A DNA stretch of 64,000 bases from Bugula neritina (GCA_964035545.1 OZ037771.1:5365190-5429189); one strand, 5' to 3'; counted from the first letter of the stretch, positions 13,511 to 26,219 are shown. Made by a program: numbers and translations. Notes: a model not told the origin generated them from the letters alone.

Positions 13511-15736
13511 GGATGAAGGAAATGAAGATAATGTATTTTGAGCTCCAATGCAAAATAAAAAAACAGAAGAAACAATATTTTTCGTTTGTCTCAATTATGG
13601 AGAAAAATATTATCAATCACAATGCAAGAATATAAAAAAATGCAACAAATTTTTCACATTAGCATGAGTGGTGAAACCATAATGTTTTAAATACATATTA
13701 CTATCATAGCAGTAATACCAATACTCCCATACATTTAATAGATACAGATAATAAAATACAAAACCTATAACAAGCAATATTTCACTGATTACAAACATTC
13801 AACTGGTCAGAATAAATATAAATGTATATATATATGTATGTTTATGTCTCATTTCAGCATAATGATAGACGAAACATTCCTTTTAGTTCCAGAAACTCCT
13901 ATAAATTGCTGAGCAACTTTGAGGAAACTGCTTTGATGAAGGAGGTAAGATAACTTCTAAGAGGTCTTTATGTAAGCAATGAGTAAACAGGAAGCATAGT
14001 TATAGTGTCAAGCTTTCGATGTAAATATTATATGGCATCTGAAACACAAATTACACTCATTAAAAATAGAGTAGAGAAAATAACGAAAATACAACCGATA
14101 AACTTATACAAAGAAAAAAATAGTTGCATTACACATTAAGGTCACATGAAAGCATGATCTATAGAGGTACTAGTAGGTAGACTGAGCACCTATTCACAAC
14201 ACCATCAGGTAGTGTGGATGAATGCCCGCCCCACACTGCTATATAATTGGGTGTTGACCAGACTATTCACATTATTTTGTCTTAGAATATGTATCTCAAG
14301 TAATATAAAAAGAACCAGGAATATAGAATTGATGCTCCACTCCTAACAACCAGTTATATTTAATACTTATAAAATATGACTTGTTTTAGTTTTAATGTTT
14401 GCCAGAATACTGGCATAGCTCAAAATTATTTCTCATAATTATTAAAACAGACACATGCAGTTTTAGGTACTTGATATGTACAATCTTGTTAATGTTATTA
14501 AAATACCTCATAAGCCGTGAGAATTTTCTACTCTTTTTAGTCAAACATACAAAGTTTGAATTGAAGCGTTCCATAATTGAAAACTTGAAATTTTTCCTCA
14601 AGTCAATATTTAATAATTTCCAGTTTTAAAACTTTGAAGTTTGTAAATTGAAATTATGAACACCTAATTCAACTCAACATTTAAGACAGTTGTTCAGACT
14701 CAAACTAAACTTTAGTTTATTCACTGCAAGTACATCTGTATATAATATAGAATAAGATAGCTGCCATGAAAAATCATTTCTCAGCTAATGCTTTTAAAAT
14801 CATATTATAGATTTGTGTAGAAAATGTAGAAATATTCATATTTTTGCTAGAATTCCCAACAGGAATAACTGGGTTTGACCAGAGGCAGTAGCTGAATCTG
14901 ATACATATACACGAGAAACTACCACCTGAATGGGTGGAGGAGATTTAGCTTTCCATGTGTTTTATTACAACTCCATTCCTTCTTACCTTCTTCTGCAATT
15001 TCAGCAAGTGTTTGTAAGAGAACCTATTCTTACAATTCATCAAGTTTATTGCCGCACACTCTTGAAATGTGTAATTTATAAGAATAGATTAAATTTGTTA
15101 TCAAACTCCCTGATTGGATGAGGGTGGGGCAGGGAAAGTGTAAAATTCGAGACGAATAGCTCTTTATTACAGGAGGAAACATTATTGACGCCCTGAACCC
15201 CAAGAATAAGTTAGCTACCCCAACCAATCATTAACCTACATACATCTGCATGGAAGATTATGCTCTATATAATTCAAAGTCTTATTTGACACAATTTAAG
15301 ATTTGCACAAAATATTGCCATTTCATATTCAACAAAGATACTTTGCTAAAAGCCATGTTGTATAACCAAGTCACAAGGTTAGTATTAATGTTACTGCCAA
15401 TACCTGTATATTAATAACATATTGCAACACGGAATGATGGTTGGTGATGACAATGAATAATGCAAATAAAAATTAGTGCCAGCAGGAAATCTGGTGTTCA
15501 ATAATGAAAAATATTAAAGAAGAGGTAGTGATGATGAAACATGTTGATATTGAAAACAGTGACTCCAAGATAGTTATATAATTTAAGGTAGTTATATAAC
15601 TCCAAGTCTATGGTTACATAATTATAGTGCTTTATTGAGATGAGAGCTGCTAGTAATGGTTCTCATCTATTCCAAGTAGTGCTATCCAAAGTGTATTATT
15701 AGTACTTTTAATGATAGAGAAGCTACCTCTCATATA

Positions 15737-15926
15737 AGTCACACTACATAGTAGTCACATGACATAGTAGTCACATGACCTAGAAGTCACACTACATAGC
15801 AGTCACACTACATAGTAGTCACACTACATAGTAGTCACATGACATAGTAGTCACACTACATAGTAGTCACACTACATAGTAGTCACACTACATAGCAGTC
15901 ACACTACATAGTAGTCACATGACATA
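15737..15926. repeat. 16-bp minisatellite (gtagtcacactacata)
   Basis: Direct tandem periodicity. Confidence 0.93.
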
Positions 15927-16986
15927 AAACAGTTTCAAATAAAAAGTACGGTAAGTGTTTTCAGCAATATATAATGTTCCATGTTTAGAACTTGAAGCCA
16001 AAAACATTTAGTAAAAAGTTCTACAACATTCCTGTAAAATAAGCACAGATGTGCAGTCTTTCCAAATAGCCTTTGTTATAATATTTGTAGCATGAGAAAT
16101 AAACCCATCACATTCCCAACCCAAATGCCAAACTTAACTAAGTGAAGTCTAAATTGTTTTTCCAGCCACCAGCCTGTAAATGTTTTAGCAACTCTTTACT
16201 TTAAGAAGGTGAAAATCTCATGGCAGAGGTGATGTTATTTGAAGTAAAGATCTAGAATATGCAATGTGAGAGAGTAATGGTAATGAGTAATGACTGATTT
16301 GAGTGAATAAGTATTTTCAATTTGGTTGATATACTCTTCCTAGATGACATATCTGATTGAACATCGCCAGGACAACCAAACTCGTAACCCTAACTGGGAG
16401 TTTAGCCTGACACAGTAAGTGACTAATCCAGGTGGAGGGGGGGGGGGCATTAGTGACAGTAATTATTACAGGAAGCTATGACCATATGACAAGTCAAACC
16501 TAACCCTACCTAAAGTGTACACGTCTGCTCTTGATTACAGAGTAAGTTGCTCCCAGAACTCACTTTACCTGCGAGACATTTCACAAAGAAATCTTATAGC
16601 AGTGCGACAGGTAGATGTTATACGCAGCGTTTCCATTGCTTCAGATTTTGCAAATGAATGTTGCATTCGATGTTTGGGACCAGTTGCATCGAAGGAAAAA
16701 AAACAACCACAAGATGATGCAAAAGGTAGTCACAAATCCATCTCTATGAGCATCCATTCGAAGCGATGGAAAAGCAGTAATAGACCTATGTTGGACTTAC
16801 AATGTACACTTAATTGTAAGATTCCACTTTACATAAAAGGTAAAAGCTACAGAAAAGAGACAAAAACAGAGCAAAGTATTTTATAATAACAAAAGGCAAT
16901 TCTTGCTTTTCTATTAACAAAATTAGGGACCGTAATAAAATTTCAATTTCTAGTTACTGATACACAACATAAAGTGTCCATTACCT

Positions 16987-16992
16987 TTTATT
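16987..16992 (-). promoter_or_regulatory. Canonical polyadenylation signal AATAAA
   Basis: tttatt on +, ~19 nt after the ORF stop at 17011; first minus-strand AATAAA I can find downstream of the RBM41 stop. Confidence 0.55.
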
Positions 16993-17010
16993 TTTGAAAG
17001 TGAGAGTAGC

Positions 17011-17334
17011 TCAATCTTCAGTTTTCCCATCGGTTTGTGTGACTTCTGTTGAGTTTGTGTTTGGATCCTTAATGATGTCTTCGTAAGATGGCGGCGGGGC
17101 GTCTCCAAACAAGCTCTTATACTTGGGCAGCTGAGCAGTGGCGGGATCAACAGGAGACTCTGGAGGAACCGGTATATACTGTACTACAGGAACCGACCGC
17201 ACGTACGACCTCCGCCCATCCCCGTCAAAACTGTGCTCTGGCTCTGATGAACAGGAACAGAGTTTGGTAACAAAAGCCACTCCAGTTATACAGAGCAAGG
17301 CTGAAGCCATTGCTAGAATCACAGAGAGCACCAT
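17011..17334 (-). CDS. 107-aa single-pass membrane protein with LPKY and PPSY (WW-domain/NEDD4-binding) motifs
   Basis: MVLSVILAMASALLCITGVAFV hydrophobic segment, juxtamembrane Cys (LCSC), Pro-rich tail with LPKY and PPPSYED; ATG in ATAATGG context; acceptor ccttactgccttttag 14 nt upstream (17349-17350). Confidence 0.75.
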   Translation of the reverse strand: MVLSVILAMASALLCITGVAFVTKLCSCSSEPEHSFDGDGRRSYVRSVPVVQYIPVPPESPVDPATAQLPKYKSLFGDAPPPSYEDIIKDPNTNSTEVTQTDGKTED

Positions 17335-17517
17335 TATGGTGGTTGCAGCTAAAAGGCAGTAAGGAGCTGTGATTGTAGCACTGCTAAGTGGTAGCAATGC
17401 TTTAAAGTAAGTACAAGTACCAGCAGGTTGAGTGAATAATTCTTGAGCACACTCATACTTGTGTGCAGTTAGGGCAAAGTTACAAAAATAACTCAAGGCA
17501 CAATGCAATCACCTTGC

Positions 17518-17915
17518 ACAACATTTAGTAGGTAATACAACATTTAGTAGGTTAATACTAAACTTAGTAGGTTAGTACAACACTTAGTAGGTTAGTACAA
17601 TACTTAGTAGGTTAATACAACACTTAGTAGGTTAATACAACATTTAGTAGGTTAATACAACACTTAGTAGGTTAGTACAGTAGTAGGTTAGTACAACACG
17701 TAGTAGGTTAATACAACACTTAGTAGGTTAGTACAGTAGGTTAGTACAACACTTGGTAGGTTAATACAACACTTAGTAGGTTAATACAACACTTAGTAGG
17801 TTAATACAACACTTAGTAGGTTAATACAACACTTAGTAGGTTAATACAACACTTAGTAGGTTAATACAACATTTAGTAGGTTAGTACAATACTTGGTAGG
17901 TTAATACAGTAGGTT
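17518..17915. repeat. 20-bp minisatellite, ~20 copies (aacacttagtaggttaatac)
   Basis: Tandem units inside the putative RBM41-ORF2 intron. Confidence 0.95.
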
Positions 17916-19024
17916 GGTGTGAGAACATGCTAGTTAGCCAACTAAAAACAAAACAAAAAAATTCTAATAAGCAGCACAAACTGTATTGCATGAAATTTTC
18001 AGATGTTTTACAATGCGATTCGTCAAATTGAAATACTGGTATACGTTAAAATAAATCTTAGGGTTTGACATATAATTAGAAATGATTCAATACGTGAAAA
18101 ATGTTAGCTGCAAGAAGAGTACATGCAAACACCATACTGCCTGCAGTCTAGCAGTTCACACTGAAGCAACCAGCATAAGCCATGTTCAAGGTAGCGTTGA
18201 GTCTGCCTCAGAAATTATTACAATAATCAGCTGATGTTAACAATGCGAAGTCTGCGCTCTAACTCTATGTATGAAGTGTGTTTTAGTTGAGACACGTTAA
18301 TGAGAGGAAAATCAAATGCTTAGTTCATGTAGCTATACTTTCAAAGAGTAGCATTGGCTGATTTGAACAAAATATTCAACGCTGAGTTGAAACAAAATGT
18401 GTTTTGAACGTTCAGCTATCTACTATATTACAGGTATTAAAATGTATCATATTTAGATATAAATTTGATAAAAAATTGACACTAAGTAATTATATTACAA
18501 AAACATGGTCAGATATGTAGAATGCTTTTAATAAAATACATTTTCATATAATATGTGGAAGTATGCTGATGACTGTTTCAGAGAATATGCGATTCCCTAC
18601 CAACTTATTTTAGAATAAGTTGGTGGAAAGGTTAATGATGAATACCTTCACAGAGCACTAGAAAATAGCTACAATTGAGTGGTTTTGGTTTCCACAAGCA
18701 AAGCTACCTGATGGCTGAAAAAAACGAATTTGAGAGAATTGATCAAAATTGATTGGTCACTGTATTTTTCGTTATTTACCATTCTGAATGTTTTTCAAAA
18801 CAAGTCCGTCATGATTTAACAAACTTGCTACAATGTTGCTGTGACTAGCATGAGGTCATAACAATGATGAAATATAGCACACGCATCATTCGAAGGTGTT
18901 TAAACCGGACTGGAGCTGTGCTGGCTAGAATAGACAGAGTTTAACACTGTGTAAAAAAAATTCAGTCAAGAAGGGGGCATAAATTCACTGTCCCTGCCAG
19001 AAGTCTCCAAGAAAACATAAAGTG

Positions 19025-19033
19025 ACTCACCTA
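19025..19033 (-). other. Consensus 5' splice site TAG|GTGAGT 6 nt after the RBM41 stop
   Basis: Minus strand reads CAG TGA TTGTAG|GTGAGT; GT at 19030-19029. Confidence 0.7.
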
Positions 19034-19036
19034 CAA

Positions 19037-22000
19037 TCACTGAGTTGTTGGAGTTGTCTTATCTAAGTGAGGCTGTTTATAGCTGATTATCATTGGTCGC
19101 CCACGGAGCTTGTAGCCAATCAGAGCATGTAAACATCTGGATGCAGTTTCAATATCTACATGTTTAATATAGAAACGTATGCTAGAGAGACCACAGCTAA
19201 TAGTTATATCGATAGAGCAAATTCAAGAAATGATGCTTCTGGCGAGCTTTAAAAACATATATGCAATACTTCTACACGAAACTAATAGCTTTTAAATTCA
19301 TCAAACCAGTATTTACAAAGTACATTACTGTGTTGAGATAATCTCACCGGCACAGGTGATGAAGGCCTGGCCGCGCATCCTGCCAGTCATTAGCTTACAG
19401 GTGATGGGGATGTCTCCAGGCACCCTGAACCTTCCAAACAGGTGCACCAGGTGGTCCTGTTTCACTGTGGATCCTAAATTCTTCACATACAGAACCTGAA
19501 GCATAGGATGGTAAGTTACTACAGCATAATATCCACAATACAACAGCAAGTCATGCCATTTGCTGCATACTGGGAGTTTGCTGTAGATATTGCACAACAG
19601 CCATACTAAATCAAATTATTGTTGGGTGTGTTAGGTATATGACTATATGCTACATACAGATTAGAAAATGGTGAAGTCCATGGAAATATACACAAAAGAA
19701 ATGCTGAGTGTTAACACATGCAACATAATGCTGGTATACTAAGAAGACATAGAAACAGCAATACACCCTTGAAGCTGTTAGACTCATATTCTCTGTAAAG
19801 TAATGTAAAAAGAATTCAGGGCCAGGATTTAGCTTATTAAAAAACAAATTCTCAGAAGTGTGTCATAGGAAGCTACGAAATCCTTCACCTTTAAACTGAT
19901 AAATAGAAAAATATTATCCTAAGTTTACAAATTTCAGAGTTTCCGTGCTGAGTATAATTTGTTTAGGAAAAATAACTTGAAAATAAGATTTGAAAAACTT
20001 TGTTTATATGAAGACACATGCATTGTCTATGACAAGTAATGTTTACTTCTCACCCAACATCAGCTAATATACAACATCAAGTCTAGATCTAATATATATT
20101 GGAGTTATCTCTATAGTAAAAAGCATGAGTTGGAGTTGCGTTATCAATGTTATGACTTACAGGAGAGGGCTCACCCTTATGGTAGTTAGTAAACTTAGGG
20201 AGTTGCTTCACCTCTGCTATGGTAAGTCTATTAGTTAGCAGATCCTCATCTGAGACGTCCAGATCCGCATCTTTTGGCTTTGGACCAACAAACTCTGTAT
20301 CATCAAATGCACAAGATTAGGTATACTAAAGCTACTAACTATACTACACAGTGAAGGTGGTGAAAGTAAGACATGTCCAGTAACTGGTAGAAATGTGCGC
20401 CACACACCACAGCTTGTGAATAAAACTCATGCAGTTTTATAGTTACTATCCCTGTGAGAGAACCTCTGATGGAAAGGGTTTTTCGTTATCTCGGGCTAAG
20501 GACTTATTCAGATGGGGCACAAAAGCAATTATGACTGAATGCTCTTCCTAACATCACCGATGGCCTTTACTGGGGCGCGAAGTCATGATTTTGTGCTTTC
20601 TAGGCAAATGCTGTAACCCCTAGACCACGGCACACACCACAGTTTGTGAACAATTATCAACAGTTAATATAACCTGCAGAAGCAGCTAGCTTTGGAGTCA
20701 CTGGCACCCAGGGGTTAGGGAACGGGTGGCCGTAGTCCGGTATAGAAGGACGTCTCTCTGAAAGTTCTGAAGCTAATTGTTGTAGTTGAGATTCAGGAGT
20801 GCTGCCAGTATCAGAGGCAGGTGCTGCCTTCATCACTAGATTGCTGAGAGTGGCTTGCTCAGTACGACCTGAATACATACAGAGTAGAGGTGTTCTATGA
20901 GTAACATCAGTGTGTGTATTGCAATGAGTGAGATACTGGCTGAGTAAACACATGGGCTGACAGTAAACAATTCCACACTTTGGCAACATTACATAAATAT
21001 TAGAAATGAAGAATATTAGACAATGCTAACATGTGTCTTCTTGAGTAATAGAGAGAAAATGGGCAAAAAGGAGAGGGGCAGAGTGGATAAAGAAAGGGAA
21101 AGGGGGTAGAGAGGAGGGGTAGAGGACACTAGAATATTGGTGATTCCGTTGTGATCAACTGCCCTTTCAAACCTCAGCCATGTTGCTTAGCATAGAACAC
21201 CAGCTGGTGATTGAAGAAACTTCAAATTGTAAAGAATCAATCACTTTTAGCAGTTTGCTGCCTTAAAATGGTCAAAACTTCGTACACTCACATAAATCTT
21301 GTCTTCAAACAACTACTCATGTATGTTAAAACCTGAACTGATGTTTTTATGACTTGTTTAGAGGGCATTGAAAAATTTTATTTCCATACCTAGAAGCGCA
21401 AGGTTACAAAGATGCCTTGGATCGTATGGATAACAAGGTACAGCCAGTGGTTTGTTTGTACACTAACACTAGACTGACAGACAGACAAACAGCAATAATA
21501 AGAAATTTGAGTGTGTAAAGAAGAACATGTAGAAAGATTGGCAAACTATCAGTAGAAACCTTGATTAAGAGATTGTTCCAGCTCTAGCTTGAGTCGAGAT
21601 GCCATCTTAGCTGTAGAAAATCCTTTCTCTGATTGGACTCTCTCATCATGTGCTTTGATTCGCTGACCTAATTCTGCTAGGCGCTGCTCCAATACATCTG
21701 GATTTATTTTTGAAGTCGACAAGTTTTTCTAAAATAAAACTTTAAGTTACTAGATAGAAGATTAAGATACTTATTATAAACATTCAATCAGCTATATGTG
21801 TTCTATCTGCTTTAACTAAAACAAAGTCTTTAGAATATTAAATAATGCAAAAAATTCTCAATGAGTAACAAAATAGCTAAGAATTTGCTCAAAAAGTGTA
21901 AATATTGAACTATGAATGTTTATATAAGTTTAATACGTAATACAGTATAGGTTAAACACATACATGGTGCCTGTAATGGAGAACATGTAAACAATAATGT

Positions 22001-23733
22001 GTTTATAAACATGACTGAGTCACCCACTTGTTTCTCAAACTGACTCATCCATAACTCTATTTCATCGTCCCGGAGCCCACAGTTTCGAAGTTCCTGAACA
22101 TTCTCCCTTTCATTGGCAAGAGTTTTATACGCCACTAGAGACTGCTCTCCCTTTACCTCATCACTTGATTGCTTAAATACTGACGGTTCCTTGAACTCTT
22201 TAAATCTACTTCTCACTCCGTCTACAAAGTACCACCAGTGTACCTGCATTACTTGATATAGTATAAAGCAGTATACATGTACAGAGCACCATAGCATATA
22301 TATTTTATGAACAAACTACATTTTATTACATAGAAGGTGCTTTGTTGAAATCACTCATGACAAATATTATATTTTTATATTATGTAATACGTTGCAATGA
22401 GAACTAGCCATTTGCAAGTGTAGCATATTATTACACACCAAGAGAAACATCGATAGATGTCTGTGTCTCGTACAGCTTCTGTATCTGCTCGTCTGTTTCA
22501 GAGATTATCTTCTCCACTGGAGCATCATCTAGTCTTACTCGTTTCAAGATAGCCATGCCAGAGGGAGTTGTCTTTCTACTGCATGTAGTATACTAGTACA
22601 GTTAGTTTACTAGCCAATAATAAGCTCAGATTGAAATATTATTATGTCTGATAATGGCTATACTTGGACATATTATACAATACTAAAACATAATCATGAA
22701 ATTACATAACTAACAATTAGGTAATTAATTAAGACTATAGGATAAATCGAAGTTTAAATTAAGCAGATTGCATTTATTATTATAGCCATGACAATTTAAC
22801 AATGTTTTATGTTAGCACGGTAAAACCAAGACAAAATTGATAAATTTTCGATAGGATTTTCACAGTCTATATAAAAACTTGTCAAGAAAATAGATAGAAC
22901 GGACACCATAAACAAAAGATTGTGTAACGCTTGAAACAATTTAATTTATGTTGAAAGCATGAGTCTTTAATTTTGTTGACTACGAGGTTTATAAGGCAGG
23001 TTTATATATTATACTGAAGGCTAGCTCTGGGAGAAATCTGTTCACACAAATCTTGGGTAACTAAATCAGGTAAATTTAGTTCATCATAAACAATTAAATT
23101 GTTTGAGGTGTATTTTAAAGAAAAAATTAATAGAGCTGCATAAAACCATATCTTTTAGCAAAATGTTACACACAAAAAACTTATGTTTGATATAATGTGC
23201 AGCAATACTTATTAAATATAACAAATTTTATTGATCGAATAAAGGGCGATTATTTAAGTGGAAGATTTCAAATTTTTTTGTGTTATTTAATGTTCGAAAA
23301 TTTCTGCTTTAAAATATGCCAAGTCATTTAGCTGATCAACTCAGGCGTTTAGCTTCAGCAAAGCTACTTCAGTCTGAAAATTTCAAGTAACCAGTCAGCA
23401 AGCACTCAGGTGGACATGATTCAGGCCCAATTCTTATATTTATTTATTATAACTATAGTAAATAAACTATTTAAATTGTTACCAAAATTATTAAAGTATA
23501 GTGATATATAATCTTTATGCCAATAGCATAAAATCATGATAATAGTAGTTTGAATGAAGATAGTTATTAGTATGCCAATTAAGCACTAGCTGAAAAACTG
23601 AATGTATAAGAATGGTGATGCAACAACAATTTTGATAATAATGATATTCACAACAAGAGCAATAATTATAAAAAATAATATTGACAAAGACAATGATATT
23701 TTACCTAGACTCATCGATTTTTCTCCGGCTCAT
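19037..23733 (-). CDS. RBM41: RNA-binding protein 41 (RRM; paralogue of U11/U12-65K), 8 coding exons, ~375 aa
   Basis: Phase-consistent exons 23705-23733 (GCCATG, MSRRKIDES), 22439-22578, 22028-22221 (ELRNCGLRDDEIELW), 21560-21728, 20674-20868, 20161-20294 (NRLTIAEVKQLPKFTNYHKGEPSP), 19348-19495 (VLYVKNL...MTGRMRGQAFIT), 19037-19155 (GYKLRGRPMIISY..TGA); total 1128 nt. Motifs match the RBM41 family as I recall it. An alternative start at 22556 is possible. Confidence 0.9.
20401..20650 (-). mobile_element. Full-length tRNA-derived SINE with 20-bp target-site duplication in an RBM41 intron
   Basis: TSD cacacaccacag(c/t)ttgtgaa at 20401-20420 and 20631-20650; minus strand has A box TGGTCTAGGGG, a degenerate B box and body AGGAAGAGCATTCAGTCATAA resembling the RTE-related AGGAAGGGCATCCGG motif. 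Confidence 0.75.
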
Positions 23734-24737
23734 GGCGATTGTGGTGGTAATACTATGACAGTACGCTTTCACTGAGAAGGCTAGAAACTAAGCACAACTT
23801 TAACCTAAAATTTAATTTAAAAACAAAATATGAAATTACAAATGCTGCTGCAAGTTAGAGTGAAAATCATGATGATTATAGTCACAAAAGGTGATCAATT
23901 TTAAATGCTTTTACTTTGATGGAAAAGTTTTGTTTAGGTTGAAAGTTTGTTTGAAAAAGAGACCTAAACGCATGATTTTACTGAAATTTCAATACGTAAC
24001 TTAGTACCATTCTCAGAGCTTTTTGCTCTAAAATATGTATAGTTCAGTTAAAGTGCTGTATTAAAATGTTAACCTCAACCTTAGGTGGCAAAAATAATGA
24101 ATATATCAAGATGATAAATTACAAATATTAAAACAGAAAGCTAGAATGCAAAACAATATTTAAATATTTATATAATGGAGGTCTTTTTCTACTTGAAACA
24201 TATCTTTATTGCTAGAAAACTCAAAACATAGTGATTCTAACTAGTATGGCGGTTTTTTAATTTAACAACATAAGAGATATGCTTAAAGAAGGCATTGTGT
24301 AGATAAAACATATTTAAAATGAAGGCAAAAGGAAAAAAAAATTCCATTAGTATTACTATTAGTACTAATATTAATAATACTGATAGTATTACTATAACTA
24401 TGTTATAGTGGTAATTTACTATTTATATTTAGTGGCTAACATTGGCAGCGGTCTAGTTTAGTTCGCTGGCATACGATATTGGCTGTCTGCATATTGCTAT
24501 CTGAATTGGTCTTAAGACTGTCATTGTCCTACTAGCAGACAGCCATATCAATAAGCTGAATAGATGAATAGACACATTTACATTTAGTATTGCAACAGCT
24601 TGATTTTACTCCTTACAATTTGAATTACATAATCATTAATGATCAAGATAATAAATACTTTCAACTCATATCTCTGCTGTCTAGAAAGCAGAGTTTGACA
24701 ACCTGCAGTAATAAAGTAATATAGTTATATTGGTAGG

Positions 24738-25090
24738 TGTGATGTATGTATGGCTTGAATGAAAATGAAATGTATAAAAGGGAGTGTGTATGATAAAGAA
24801 AGAGAAAGGAGAGAGAGAGAGAGTGAGAGATGGATTGAATGAAGAGATTGAAGATTGTGTAGAATGTATTAAGCTATGTGAGTGAGTGCTAGCCCAAGAA
24901 GTCGGCGGCAGAGCATACACAGACAAATACCTCAACCCGAAGACTCGACAATACACCTACAGACAAATACCTCTATGGACTGACGGGAGCTGGAGTTAGC
25001 TCGCAGCCAAGCCAAACAACCCGTGCCTGTATGCTCACCTGAAGGCTACAACCCGATTATATTACTCGGTGAATTGTAATAACTGCAAAA
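24738..25090 (+). mobile_element. LTR/leader-like repeat with TATA box
   Basis: TATAAAAG 24773-24780, GA-rich tract, donor-like GGTGAAT ~25068; shares blocks (gtgagtgctagccca; gactgacgggagctggagtta) with the inverted copy at 28800-29140; no TSD found. Confidence 0.5.
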
Positions 25091-26219
25091 CAGCATATCC
25101 CGATATAACAACTACAAGCATAAATATAAGTAGTAAGTACAGGTATAAGATTAGGTAAATACCCAATCTACTATCTAGTAATATTAACATTAGTACACTA
25201 TTACTAGTACTAGTAGTATTAGTATAACTATAAGTATTACTGATTTTCATGTTGATTTTACAGAAAACTGGAGAAAATCACAAAATGATTTATACTATTA
25301 CCTAAAGTTAATCTGTATAATTATCAATATGATTATAAATATCTTATAGTTATTTTTATACTTATAGTTAATGTTATACTTGAAAAAATTATTTAATTTC
25401 ACTCTTAGTCTTAGTTTTACAATTGACAATTGTGAACTACTATCAGTATGAGTATCGGTCTGTATTAATCTTAGATTATTTCATTATTCTATTACTTTGA
25501 GTTTGATTGCAAACTATTATGACTAGTATTACTATCAGTATCAACTTTAAGCATTGTGATTAAATTTAGCTCTCTGCACCAAGAGTTAATTGTATAAATT
25601 CTTGAGAATTTTCATTGATAATTCAGAAAATCAAAGATTTGTAGAATAAGTCTAGTTTGACTCGCTGTAGCGAAGTTTGCTTTATGAGAAGACAACTAAT
25701 GTATACAAAACTATTCTCCAGTTTAAATTAGGAATTAACTTGTAGCATCACTGCACGTTTTTACACACACGTCAAACTACAACTTGGTGCATTGTTGAAA
25801 TAAGAAATCACAGCTGCTATAATTTTATAACTGCATAGCATATGTGGTATTACAACTCATCATGACTCCAACATCTTCTAAGCCAAAGGCCATGATATAA
25901 CAATAAATTGTAATTCTACACTCCATCATTCTCAGACACACCACAAAGCATGACAAAAGCAAAACAATGATAGCTCATAGTTGGCATAGATAATTAGTAA
26001 CTTTCTCCAATTAGGCTATAAATCCAAAAAATACCATTCCATCTAATTAGTCATTTTCATTTCATTTTCATCATTGTAATTAGAGTAGGCCTAGTATTGC
26101 CTATCAAGCTGTGTATTATCTAGGTCCTAGGAGCTAACTAACTACTGTCTGACCTAATTACAGGCTGCTATGTCAGCATGTGCATTGTTACTCTAGCTAC
26201 TAGAACATTAAAGACAAAA

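Noticed and set aside
12928-13635. Cys-rich repeat protein or CRISPR-like array
   Set aside because: Contiguous 42-bp units with no unique spacers, no cas genes, eukaryotic context
16385-16512. Interstitial telomere (ccctaac motifs)
   Set aside because: Only isolated motifs, no tandem array
16515-16886. 123-aa + ORF and short minus ORFs as a third cistron
   Set aside because: Non-ATG start, no recognisable motif, no consistent exon chain
19080-19110. Calicivirus-type TURBS reinitiation motif
   Set aside because: Sequence reads TGGGC, not the UGGGA core
24474-24550. Pre-miRNA-like hairpin (gatattggctgtctgc/gcagacagccatatc)
   Set aside because: Only ~15-bp stem with a ~44-nt interior; more likely a MITE remnant
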